Positions 1-10,463 of a stretch of DNA of 20,016 nucleotides are shown piece after piece. Origin of the DNA: Octopus sinensis. Lineage: Eukaryota. Positions within the stretch are counted from its first letter, which is position 1, and the number at the start of each line of letters is the position of its first letter. The notes below the pieces were generated by a model. It saw only the letters and a list, made by a program, of their open reading frames with translations. It ran no database searches and was not told where the DNA came from. The position numbers and the translations under genes are program-made. The stretch spans positions 1 through 20,016 of the forward strand of contig NW_021824026.1 of the NCBI RefSeq assembly GCF_006345805.1, read 5' to 3'.

Positions 1-128
1 GAGTCTCTTAGCGCGCCGGAACCAAGACATTTGAAATTTTATTCCAGATGTAATCAGTAAGACTAAGCACGTGTCTGTCTTGACACAGAGAGTTGGGGTT
101 AGTCTTGCAGTTTGCATCTCGAGGACCG

Positions 129-203
129 AATGTACTGAAGAAGTCACGGACACTTGAATTATGCAAGTAATTCTTTTGTTAACCCGAAACCGAGGTATGC
201 ATT
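129..203 (+). ncRNA. Type I hammerhead ribozyme motif, intact core (Penelope-like/retrozyme type)
   Basis: Helix I AATGTA(129-134)/TGCATT(198-203), 6 bp with one G-U. Core CTGAAGA(135-141) and GAAA(186-189). Minimal helix III A-CC[GA]GG-T. GUA triplet with predicted cleavage after 197. Base of helix II is poorly paired; there is an inner GAATTA/TAATTC hairpin. Confidence 0.7.
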
Positions 204-340
204 TAAGTCTGTTTTTTATTTAATTTTTCATATGTCCTGCCCGCCAAATTTGGTTCTGGTGTTCGCTGAATTCTTCCTCTAGAGAATTTCCCTTCTAGCA
301 TTCTGGCCGGCTACTTAGCAGGCCAGCCCTGCCAATATAC

Positions 341-360
341 CACACACACACACATATACA

Positions 361-399
<39 letters not shown>

Positions 400-421
400 A
401 TATATATTATATATATATATA
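341..421. repeat. (CA)n/(TA)n microsatellite
   Basis: Direct reading. Confidence 0.95.
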
Positions 422-462
422 TTGAAGTTAATAAGGGTTTTATATCAGCAACAAATCGATCA

Positions 463-548
463 TTATCCCTTACAGCTGTTTCAGTTATACACACATAAAT
501 GAATTAAAAATGAAAATTACGTTTCTTAGCATCTCTTCAGAGGGAAAA
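463..548 (-). ncRNA. Type I hammerhead ribozyme motif (left arm)
   Basis: Minus strand reads TTTTCCCT-CTGAAGA-GATGC...ATAACT-GAAA-CAGCTG-TA-AGGGATAA. Helix I has 7/8 pairs, helix III is the palindrome ACAGCTGT, and the cleavage triplet is GUA. Confidence 0.7.
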
Positions 549-631
549 AATTATTCCCTTACATATTTTGTGTATTTATTTGTCTCATGTGATGTCTCCA
601 CAAGCACAGAAAATATCTAAGGTTATATTTT

Positions 632-714
632 TTCCCCTCTGAAGAGATTATGCTCAGAAATATGATTTCAATAGTTAATTTCTTTTTGTATATCTGAAAC
701 AGCTGTAAGGTAGA
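632..714 (+). ncRNA. Type I hammerhead ribozyme motif (right arm)
   Basis: CCT-CTGAAGA(639-645)-GATTATGC...GTATATC-T-GAAA(696-699)-CAGCTG-TA(706-707)-AGG. Palindromic helix III. Confidence 0.65.
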
Positions 715-1273
715 GTGATCAATTTGTTGCCCTTGTACATAAATATATGTATGTGATGATTGCTTCATCTTGACAGAGGATAGCCGTATCGATTTGTTTA
801 TCTAAATCCATTCACTGCGATACCTCATCTTGGATGCACTCCAGCAATTTTAAGATTTGGAATTTGAAAGATAAAAGACGTGATGCAGCAGTCGTCATAA
901 CGCCAGGTAGACAATGATAAGTTGTGTACCAAAAAAATTAGACAGAAAGCATAATCCTCATTGATATTTTTGTAGCGGTAATTCGAAACCAAACCGCTAG
1001 GTAACCGCTTATGCATCACGACCGAGCTGCAATAGTTTCCCGTGATCGGTCTATTAAGTAAGCAATCAGCGTCAAGCCACCGCATGATTCAAACTTGTAG
1101 AATATTTTTTGTGTCTTTAACGGGGCTTTTCGTGTCTAAACTCTATGCAAAGTGTTAAGGCTGGCTGACTCATTCACACGTCTCATCTATCATGCAGAAG
1201 TTTGAAGTAGTTACGCGTTGTATCTCTGTTATTACCTGAGAGCAGCCAACGAAATACAATCGCGACACTTTCC

Positions 1274-1374
1274 ATAATGTACACGTGTTTTGTGAGACTA
1301 GTTGACATTAGTTATGTAACCATAAATATCCAATCATGTAAGCAAATACCGCCGGTAACATTCATCACCATTAT
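1274..1374 (-). ncRNA. Degenerate hammerhead relic
   Basis: Minus strand reads ATAATG-GTGATGA...CAC-AAAA-CACGTG-TA-CATTAT. Perfect 6-bp helix I in exact register and palindrome ACACGTGT, but two core substitutions (C3>G, G12>A). Confidence 0.45.
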
Positions 1375-1649
1375 CGGCAAATATACAACAGGAATAAAAA
1401 CGACGGCTTTTATATACGCAAGTTTGCAAATAACAACTTTGGGATTCATGAAGAAGAGAAAAGAAGGAAATGAGAAGATAAAAGAAAAGAGTCATGTAGG
1501 TGGTAAAAAAAAAGGGAAAGTAGAGAAGACCCGCCGGGCAGCGACACACAGAAAGCGTGTAGTATCAGTAATGAGAATAAACAACTAGTTATAAATATTG
1601 AGCAAAACTTGAGTGTGTTTTATAACTTGATACAAAAATAAACATTAAT

Positions 1650-1807
<158 letters not shown>

Positions 1808-1809
<2 letters not shown>

Positions 1810-3144
1810 GCCCATCACTCTGCTCAATGCAGACTTGAAAATTTTGGCCAAGGTGCTAGCCAAGAGGTTGGCGCTTGTCATCGAGAAACTGGTCGACAAG
1901 GCGCAAACATGCGCCGTGCCAGGCCGGACCATCCATGACAACCTCCACCTGATGCGCTACATCATAGACAGGGTAGTTAACGAACCTGGCATGGGTGGGG
2001 CGCTGATCAATTTGGATCAATCGAAAGCTTTCTATAGGGTAGACCATCGATACTTGGAGGCGGTCCTCAGAGCGGCAGGCTTCGGTCCCGTCTTCCGCGG
2101 CTGGATAGCCGCTTTGTACAGAGGCATCCGTTCGGTAATTCGCGTGAATGGACATCTATCGAGACCCTTCGACATCGCACGTTCGGTCCGTCAGGGATGC
2201 CCCCTCTCGTCGCTTCTATACGTATTGACTCTCGAGCCATTATTGCGGAAGCTGGCAACTTTGAGGGGCATCCCGCGACAACTGGGATGCGGACGAGCGT
2301 GTCTGCATACGCGGACGACGTCACCGTCATAGTGTCTAGCCACGAGCACATCGAGCAGGTCGGCGAGACACTGAAAAACTACGAAGCGGTGACAGGAGCG
2401 AAAATCACCGGGAAAAAGTCAGTGGGCTTGCGACTAGGCACCTGGAGAAGCAAGCCCATGCCGTCCACCAGCGCGCTCCGTCGTGGGACGCTGGACCGAC
2501 GGCCCGGTTGAGTTGCTCGGGGTCTGGTTTGGTCCGGACCTCCAAGTGGAGAAGACTGGAACGAGATAACGAGTAGGGTGGTCACTCTCGCCCGGCAATG
2601 GGCCGAGAGGAAACTGTCCCTAAAAGGTCGGGCGGAGGTGGCGAACACGTACATCGCGTCCGTCATCTACTACCGCCTGACCGTCGTACCTTGTCCCGAC
2701 CCTACCATCACCAAACTACAACGCATTCTCTTTCGCTTCTTGTGGAAAGGATGCGTCCCGATGTTCAGGCGATCCATTTGCTTCAACACCCGTTAAAAGG
2801 AGGGCTGGGCATGCCGTGGTTGATGATGCGCAGACACGCGCTGAGACTGCGACATCTCTGGCTCTATGTAGACGACGGTGAACAGGTTTGGTCACCGTTT
2901 GTGAGGCACGCGTTCCCGCAGCTCGTCTCCATGACCGAACTGCAGTCGGGATCAAAAAGAGGCCGAGGAAGGGCGAATGGCACCGCGAGTGTCGCGTTGC
3001 TCTCAAGCAACTCTGCCGCCCCGGTGACCTTGAGTGACTTCAACACAACCAAGCATTCTATAGGGGATTAGTGGAGGGGAGGTACGACGACGAGCTCGGG
3101 CGAACCTGGACGTCGACGAGGAGTACCTGACCCGCCTGTTCAGG
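1808..3144 (+). mobile_element. Tx1/L1-clade non-LTR retrotransposon ORF2 fragment (RT domain), frameshifted and truncated at both ends
   Basis: RT motifs PITLLNADLKILAKVLAKRL, LDQSKAFYRVDH, VRQGCPLS (QGCPLS at 2192-2209) and YADD (2308-2319). Downstream Tx1-like motifs W..RKLSLKGRA, LFRFLWKG and P.KGGLGMP. These lie in several frames (shifts near 2290, 2480-2510 and 2790). No endonuclease, ORF1 or 3' tail. Confidence 0.93.
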
Positions 3145-3420
3145 ATTATCTCCCTTACACCGGAAGAAATCACTCATTACCTCCCCTTATTTAGAACTCT
3201 TTTCAACATAAACATAACGACGTAAGAAATTTGAAAAGCTAAACGCGAAACCGGTCTTTCTTCTAAATTATGTCATTGTAAGAAAAAAATTTATAATATT
3301 CTTCAGACATATTGACTCAAATACATATTTTTTAACCTTTTAAAACAAGCCTTCTGTAGTTTTTTCACTTTTTACTAATTTCTATATATTCAACCCGTGC
3401 TTTCACAAACCAACTTTCTT
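3145..3420 (+). mobile_element. Probable Penelope-like element 3' end relic with degenerate hammerhead
   Basis: Short frame ISLTPEEITHYLPLFRTLFNINITT* loosely resembles PLE GIY-YIG C-termini (E..YI..F.P.LN). It is followed immediately by an HHR-like motif, an AT-rich tail and (TA)n. Confidence 0.4.
3224..3262 (+). ncRNA. Degenerate minimal hammerhead relic
   Basis: AAGAAA-T-TTGAAAA-GC-TAAAC-GC-GAAA-CCGG-TC-TTTCTT. Helix I AAGAAA/TTTCTT, palindrome ACCGGT, GUC triplet; core CTGANGA has decayed to TTGAAAA. Confidence 0.45.
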
Positions 3421-3434
3421 ATCTATATCTATAT

Positions 3435-3482
<48 letters not shown>

Positions 3483-3491
3483 CACACACAC

Positions 3492-3522
<31 letters not shown>
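3421..3522. repeat. (TA)n microsatellite with CA interruption
   Basis: Direct reading. Confidence 0.95.
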
Positions 3523-3527
<5 letters not shown>

Positions 3528-3663
3528 GACTATGAGACTTGGAGGAAGCAATACCTGGTAATACATAAAACCATTTCATTGAAATATGCGCCTGATATAG
3601 CGTAGAAATATAAAGCAGAACAACAATGAAAGCAGTGTACACGCGCAAACTCACACTCGCACA

Positions 3664-3664
<1 letters not shown>

Positions 3665-3721
<57 letters not shown>

Positions 3722-3726
3722 ACACA
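3665..3726. repeat. (CA)n microsatellite
   Basis: Direct reading. Confidence 0.95.
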
Positions 3727-3963
3727 AATACGCTTACATGTATGCACGCATGCACTGAAACACAAAACTGCTGTAAGATGTTTTAGTTACTCTGAAACCA
3801 ATTTAAGGCCAAGGCAAGAATTTTGATTTTATATATTTTATATATTTATATATTTTTTGTACTGATTCCTTATTTTTATCATTTGATGATTTATACATTC
3901 TTGCACTATTAGAATCCGTTAGTTTAGGCCTAGTTTTTAATCAAAGCCTTCTGTTTGGATCTC

Positions 3964-4146
3964 ATATGTATATGTACATACGTAAGTATGTATATATGTA
4001 TGCATATATGTTATATAACGTATATAAATATATGTTATATAACATATGTGTATATATACATGTATACATATATACATATATTCTTATATATTTATGTATA
4101 TACTGAATACATAAATATATATGTATATATATTATTATATATATAT

Positions 4147-4186
<40 letters not shown>

Positions 4187-4357
4187 GTATGCGTATATAT
4201 ATATGTATATACATACATATATATATGCAGATATATATGTATACACACACACACACATATATATACATATATTACATATATATACATATATATATATGCA
4301 TATATACATACACACATATATATAAATATATATACATATATATGCATATATATATAT

Positions 4358-4388
<31 letters not shown>

Positions 4389-4390
4389 TA
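3964..4390. repeat. Compound degenerate (TA)/(CA) low-complexity tract
   Basis: Direct reading. Confidence 0.9.
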
Positions 4391-4485
4391 TTAGTCTTTT
4401 CTTCGTTTTAGTGTGAAGGTTTTCTGTGTATTATTTGATATGAGATTTCCTCCTTGTGAAGGAAAAAGAGGCAGAAAGACAGGAA

Positions 4486-4650
4486 GAGAGAGAGGGAGAG
4501 AGAGACACACACACACATACACACACACACACACGTACACAGATGGACAGAAAGTGAAAGTGAAAGAGCGAGAAAGCGAGGGAGAAAACGAATGACAGAA
4601 GAAAGCGTGTGCGAGTTAGAGAGAGAGTGAGAGATAGAAAGACAGAGAAA
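4486..4650. repeat. GA-rich/(CA)n low-complexity tract
   Basis: Direct reading. Confidence 0.8.
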
Positions 4651-4854
4651 GAAAAATGGCTAATTTCCTTCCTTGCTCTTTTTTTTCCTTCTTTCTTTTG
4701 AAACCTCGCAAATGATGAGATTAAAAGCTGTTGAAATCACTTTGATCAAAAACAATCCACGAAATGCATTGAGAATGTGAATTCTTGCAGGTGTATAATG
4801 CATATTCACTTAATGAGCAGAACAGGCCAGCTTAAGATGGACAACTCTGCGCAC

Positions 4855-4880
4855 TATTATTATTATTATTATTATTATTA

Positions 4881-4911
<31 letters not shown>

Positions 4912-4950
4912 ATCATTATTATTATTATTATCATTATTATTATTATCATT

Positions 4951-5003
<53 letters not shown>

Positions 5004-5011
5004 CATTATTA

Positions 5012-5054
<43 letters not shown>

Positions 5055-5097
5055 CATTATTATTATATTATTATTATTATCATCATTATCATTATTA

Positions 5098-5141
<44 letters not shown>

Positions 5142-5464
5142 CATTATATTTTATTATTATTATTATTATTTTAAAATTATTATTATTATATCATTATTAT
5201 TGTTGTTATTATCATTATTATTATTTATTATCATTATTATTGTTATTATCATCGTTATCATTATTATTATTATTATTATTATTATTAATTTTTATTATTA
5301 TCATTATTATTATTATTATTATCATTATTATTATTATCATTATTATCATTATCATTATTATTATTATCATCATTATTATTATTATTATTATTATCATCAT
5401 TATCATTATTATTGTTATTATTATTATTATCATCATCATCATCATTATCATTATTATTATATTA

Positions 5465-5499
<35 letters not shown>

Positions 5500-5640
5500 T
5501 ATTATTATTATCATTTTATTGTTATTATTATATTTCATTATATTATTATCATTATTATTATTGATATTATTATTAATTATTATTATTAATTATTATTATT
5601 ATTATTATTATTTATTATTATTATATTATTATATTATTAT
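4855..5640. repeat. Long (ATT)n/(ATC)n trinucleotide array, ~790 bp
   Basis: Direct reading; source of the poly-Ile/Tyr ORFs. Confidence 0.97.
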
Positions 5641-6149
5641 TTTGCTGTAGTTTATTGCTGGCACACGGGTTTGCAGTGAGTGCACGTTCTGCTCGGTATT
5701 TTCTTCCGGGAAAATATAATATAAAAAAAGAGGAAAAAAAAACTCTCTCTGTTTCATTTGGTTTGATTTGCTTAACAAAAGATGTCGGGATAGTAGAATT
5801 TTCACCCCATTAACCTGAAGTGGCAAAATAATAATAATAAAAAAATTATCGGAAAGATGGTGTTTTTAGCCTCATATATATTTATCTTTAGCAACCATGT
5901 GTATTGAATTACGTGCAGATTAAAATGGGCGTACACTGGCGGGAACGGGAGCTCGGGAAAGTACACAATAACGTACACAATAAAAACGTTCTCTTCATCT
6001 CTTCAATTATTCCCAAACATCATTTGAAACATAAAAATAAGTAGAAGTAGTTTTATGCGTAAAAACTATCTGTTGCACAATGGAAAAGACTTGTTGAGCC
6101 TGGGGAAAAGAGACAGAGTGTTTGATAGTAGCTGATCTTCTGAATCCGG

Positions 6150-6430
6150 TCACCTTGAAGTCATTAGCGTTCCAGATAAATTTTTTCTACATAGATCAAC
6201 ATTTTCAAGTAAGATATGAGCGGTAAAATAAGTTAGCAATATTGTGGTCAGAATATGCCTAAGATCCGAAGTTCTAGGGATAAGATATGAGGAAGAAAAT
6301 GTTCTAGACGAGAAATATGGAGCATACTGTTTAGTGTAGAACAGAGAGAGTCGGACGCATTAGAGTGCTGGAGGTACGAGACCACATAGCAGCGATGGAA
6401 AAGACAGCTGAGGGTGGGCCAGTTGATTAA
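6150..6430 (-). mobile_element. Possible very old LINE (CR1/Jockey-like) APE endonuclease relic
   Basis: Minus-strand peptide ...LQHSNASDS...HISRLEHFLPHILSL...ILG, then SDHNI after a frameshift, resembles the APE C-terminal LG.SDH motif. By-eye similarity only. Confidence 0.25.
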
Positions 6431-7016
6431 ATGAAAAAAACAAAACATATAATAGATTGTACTGAACAACACAACATCATTAACAAGAACATCTTTTTAT
6501 CGTTCGTAAATGTTTTGAATCTTAATATATTATCTTTTTTAGGAACCAGAGTTATTTACACGAATGTTGATCCTTATTTTGTCGCGATATCTGTGCAAAA
6601 ATGGGACTTGTGTTGAGCGCGGCGGTAAGGTGCAACATGTAGCAGAATGGGGTTCCCGTGATTATATCGTGATGTCTCCATCAGTACATGGCAACAATAT
6701 ATTTTCTATAGAAGATGCCAGCAGACTAACGATGCAACAGGAACGGTCCTTTGTTACACCTGTAGCAGAATCCCACGAAGAATCAACTGAAGGCTTTCTG
6801 CCCAGAAGAAGAAATATGAAAGAAAAAAACAGAGGAGAGTAGCAAGGGCAGCAATAACAGAAGGTTTCTTAAATGAAAACTATCACTGCTACTGCGGCTT
6901 TTGCTGCTGTCTCCATAACACTATAATTTGTAGCTACGAAAATAGTCCGAGTGAAAGCAAACGGAATTGCTTAATTTTCTACAAAATTGGTACCAGAGTC
7001 TGAGAATGCAGAGAAC

Positions 7017-7095
7017 AAAAATTCTGTGAGAGGAGTGGAAAGCAAGTTATCTGAATTTTCTCACAAAACGTTCAGCCGAAACGTTCAGAATTTTT
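7017..7095 (+). ncRNA. Degenerate hammerhead relic
   Basis: AAAAATTCTG-TGAGA-GG...CC-GAAA-CG-TT-CAGAATTTTT. Perfect 10-bp helix I, GG/CC base of helix II, ACGT palindrome, GUU triplet. The core reads TGAGA, two nt short of CTGANGA. Confidence 0.45.
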
Positions 7096-7329
7096 ATAGG
7101 TTGTTATAAAAGCTGTTAATATCCAACTCTGAATTAGGACAACCTCAGATGCTGCACGAAACTACACGACCCAACACAAGCCTGACCAGTGATTCTAAGC
7201 ATTATTTTAATTCTGATGTCTTCTGAGAGGTATTTTAGTGGTGTCAACTTTCAAGTGGATCTTTGTCATTAATTCGTTGTTGGTAGTACACAATATTATG
7301 TAGTCTGAGTGTAAATCGCAAGAATGACT

Positions 7330-7870
7330 CAATATTTGTATTATCTGATATTTTGTTAGCTGAAAACAGTTGCATTGACGATAAGTATTTCAATAAAACA
7401 GCATATAAGAAATAATGAATGCGAGAATTAAAAGTCTGCATTACATAAAGCAATTTTTGCATATAAAAATAAATTTATGGACAAAATAAGAAAATTGTGA
7501 ACACTTTATCGCTAAAATAACTGACAAAATATTGTGCTGCATCTGATCTGGTTGGAGAAATCAGTGTCCTAGCTGTTATAACAGTTACTGAAAATGTCCC
7601 AGCTTTTTATAACAGCTAATCAAAATGTCAGTATAAATAGGTATAAATTTCTAGTAATGATATTGGTGGAGCATGAGAGCCTTTCGATTTCAGGTTCAAC
7701 TTCCAGCAGATCCCGATGGACGTGCAAATAGAGATGCATATATTATTCGCTCCTATTAACCTTACAAAGATCATTGATACATTGCACTTGAAAAATAGCG
7801 ATGTAAATGGGGACTTTGTGAAGGATAGAAAGACCAAGTGTAGCTTATCCCGCTCAAAAAAAAATCTCTG
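7330..7870 (+). mobile_element. Possible decayed hAT (GTF2IRD2/Charlie-like) transposase remnant
   Basis: Stop-ridden peptides FVLSDIL..., EPFDF...QIPMDVQIEM and AYPA.KK occur in the order expected for hAT C-terminal motifs (FLxDI, PF, PxxxQMEL, YPxL). Weak. Confidence 0.25.
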
Positions 7871-7933
7871 AATAAGAGTTGTTCAAGGATGATGTAAATG
7901 GATTTGGCAAACAGAAACAGAAAGCAGCCTGTA

Positions 7934-7934
<1 letters not shown>

Positions 7935-8010
<76 letters not shown>
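7935..8010. repeat. (TA)n microsatellite
   Basis: Direct reading. Confidence 0.97.
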
Positions 8011-8170
8011 GTGAGAATTTACAAAAAAGAAAGACGAAGGCGGGTGTGTAAACAACAAATAGTGTATTAGTTTAACGCTCGGGAAGTGAGAAGATCTTTT
8101 ACGTTTCGAGCCTACGCTCTTCGCCAGAAAGGAACACAAAAATAAACAGGGAGAGAAAATAGAAAAAGAC
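8011..8170 (-). mobile_element. Short hammerhead-bearing repeat, copy 1 (Penelope pLTR-like/non-autonomous)
   Basis: Homologous to ~17635-17790, sharing AATTTACA, ACGAAG.C.GGTGT, TATTAGTTT, ACGCTC.GG and a near-identical core. Its 3' end abuts (TA)n. Confidence 0.7.
8096..8131 (-). ncRNA. Minimal hammerhead-like motif with variant core
   Basis: Minus strand reads CTTT-CTGGCGA-A-GAGC-GTAG-GCTC-GAAA-CG-TA-AAAG. Confidence 0.6.
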
Positions 8171-8202
8171 ATACACACTCTTATATATATGTGTATGTCT
8201 TT

Positions 8203-8405
8203 GTGTCTGTTTGTCCCCGTCACAATCAGCTTGACAATCGGTGTTGTTATGTTAACTTCACCGTAGCTTAACGGTTCGGCAATAGAGAGGAATAGAATAA
8301 GAACCAAGCTTTAAAAGAGTTGATTCGTTCGGCTTAAATTCCTCAAGGCGGTGCTCCAGCATGGCTGCAGTCTGATGACTAAAACAAATAAAAGAAAAAA
8401 AAAGA
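8203..8405 (+). mobile_element. Octopus SINE family A, 3' half (diverged)
   Basis: Matches the 3' half of 14299-14707 (GCTTGACAA, CGGTTCGGCAA, GGCGGTGCTCCAGCATGG...ATGACT.AAACAA.TAAAAG). Confidence 0.85.
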
Positions 8406-8937
8406 TAAATATTAATACTATTTATATTTTGCCTAAGTGGAAACGGAGTTAGTCTTTTTGCGTAGAATTTTATTTTTAAAAATGCATGCTGGCTGTAAGA
8501 ATACAGCAGAACAAACTCCGATACTTGAATAATATTTCGTATCCTGCTGAGCGGTTTCAAGAAGTGGCAGCATAGATATATATATAAGAACTCAGGTAGC
8601 GATAAATGTTTAGTAGTCAGATGCATTCTCCATTCAGACGTTCCGTATCGTCACTTCCCCAGCGACTAAATAGACGGAAACAAAAGAAAAAATATTAAAA
8701 AAAAAAAGGAAAGAGGACATGGAAAAATATACAAAGAAAACTAGTAACAAAACAGCATCTTCGATCAAATATTTATTGTCCAAACACTGTTCTGACGAGT
8801 TGAAAAAAAAAAGACTATAAAGCAACAGGAAAAACCTGGAAAAGAGAAAGAACCAACCTATATTGGCAACAGTGTGACAAACTTGAAGATGGAAACTTAT
8901 GCGGAGTTTCCCACGCTTATGAAGAGGAATAGCACTC

Positions 8938-9030
8938 TGTGTGTGTAAATGTATGTGCATGTATTAGGGATGTGTATGTGAGTATGTATCTATATGTGTA
9001 GTGAATGTGTGCGTGCGCGTATGTGTGTGA

Positions 9031-9062
<32 letters not shown>

Positions 9063-9106
9063 AACACCATAAAATAAGTCCATTTACTCATATATCATTA
9101 TATGAA

Positions 9107-9149
<43 letters not shown>

Positions 9150-9186
9150 CATGCATATATTATAGACAAATACATAAATGCATACG

Positions 9187-9221
<35 letters not shown>

Positions 9222-9590
9222 ATATATATCTATATATATATATTCATGCATATACATTAATGCGTATATATATCTATATATATATATATCTCTCTCTATA
9301 TATATATATTTATACATAATATATATCTATATCTATCTATCTCTCTATGTCTATACACACACATATATATACAATGCTTATGCGTATGTATACGCATATA
9401 TATATATGTTTTTGTACATAGTATCATATATATACATATATATATATACAAGGAAACGTATATATAGACATATAATGATATATATATATATATATATATA
9501 TAGAATGATATATATATGTATGTATGTATACACACGTGTGTCCATACAAAGATTTATATAAAATCGCATACACACACGCACACACACAAG
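8938..9590. repeat. Compound (GT)n and (TA)/(CA) tracts
   Basis: Direct reading. Confidence 0.9.
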
Positions 9591-9845
9591 TACACACTTT
9601 GCGTACTCATTATTAGGATTCGTGAAATAATCAAATCTCTCTTTTACTACGTCCCGAGTTCGAACACCACCTGCACCTAAGTATCCCCTATCATCATATT
9701 CAGGTCGATATAATTATTATATTAACCTGTTGTGTTCCGTTGGCCGTTCCAATACATTATATAAATAGCTAATTGTCACTACAGCATGTAATGTATGAAA
9801 AATAAAAATCCTACGTTTAATATAATTAGACAGAGAAAAAAATTA

Positions 9846-10110
9846 TTTGATTACTAAGCGGGTCTCGTTGCACTGTTTAGGCGAAAGCACATATCTGATT
9901 AGCATAATTGGGCATCCAACTCTTAGCCTAAGAATGTGAGGTGGAAGCCCGGTTGGCTCCAATGAGTTGAGAAACTCGATAGCGTAATTGACAATGTGTT
10001 GGAGGTCAGATGTCCGGTCAATCGATTTGTAGATGTGCTCCTCATCCGGAATTCGGTTTATGAGCTGGTCGTTGATAGCACTAACATCTACGTTTTTGGG
10101 GGCTAGGATG
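9846..10110 (-). mobile_element. Helitron RepHel PIF1-like helicase fragment
   Basis: ILAPKNVDVSAINDQLINRIP...YKSID...NYAIEFLNSLEPTGLPPHILRLRVGCPIMLIR...CNETRLVIK matches the conserved Helitron/PIF1 2B region (ILxPxN, EFLN..GLPPH.L.LKxG.P.ML.RN...CNGTRL). Isolated fragment with no termini seen. Confidence 0.9.
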
Positions 10111-10157
10111 TCTACATAACGTCGATAAAATTGATGTCTACATAACGTCGATAAAAT
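10107..10157. repeat. Tandem 25-bp direct duplication
   Basis: GATGTCTACATAACGTCGATAAAAT at 10107-10131 and 10133-10157. Confidence 0.95.
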
Positions 10158-10463
10158 AATTACCAATCAACCATTCTGAAATTATGAATTGTTGCGCTCG
10201 CGCCAAAAATTTACATCATTCTTTAATGAGTCTTTCTGTTGTCACCATTGTTAAAATTGGTAATATTTTGACCTTATATTAATCCATTCCGTGACCATTT
10301 CATATTTTTACAATGCTTTTTTCTAGACATAATAAATCAATAACGAAACCAGTGTTACCGTATTCATTGTGTTTCCATCCTATGTAAGACAGTTGAGTAC
10401 AAAATAAAGAAGACTAGAGGCCACTCATGGACTCTAACGGATGGCTATGAGACGTTTCAGCAT

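Larger units (their letters stand above)
448..730. repeat. Imperfect inverted repeat (arms ~448-572 and ~605-730), probable inverted Penelope-like pLTR pair
   Basis: GCAACAAATCGATCATTATCCCTTACAGCTGTTTCAG matches the reverse complement of CTGAAACAGCTGTAAGGTAGAGTGATCAATTTGTTGC. ATCTCTTCAGAGGG matches CCCTCTGAAGAGAT. Spacer is ~32 nt. Confidence 0.85.

Noticed and set aside
105-200. Possible exon (TTGCAG...GTAA/GTATG)
   Set aside because: No recognisable peptide or partner exons; the hammerhead interpretation explains the region better.
825-1085. 86-aa minus-strand ORF
   Set aside because: No recognisable domain.
4712-4800. C box (ATGATGA) suggesting a C/D snoRNA
   Set aside because: No downstream CTGA D box or terminal stem.
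3403-5650. Long ORFs rich in I/Y/H/C/V
   Set aside because: They are translations of (TA)n, (CA)n and (ATT)n repeats; the same applies to the ORFs at 9084-9587, 11256-11958 and 14531-15506.
6564-6842. 92-aa ORF, possibly a PLE endonuclease remnant (RRNMKE)
   Set aside because: Similarity is too slight to support a call.
10448-10462. GAAACGTC on the minus strand as a hammerhead half
   Set aside because: No CTGANGA partner or helix I nearby.
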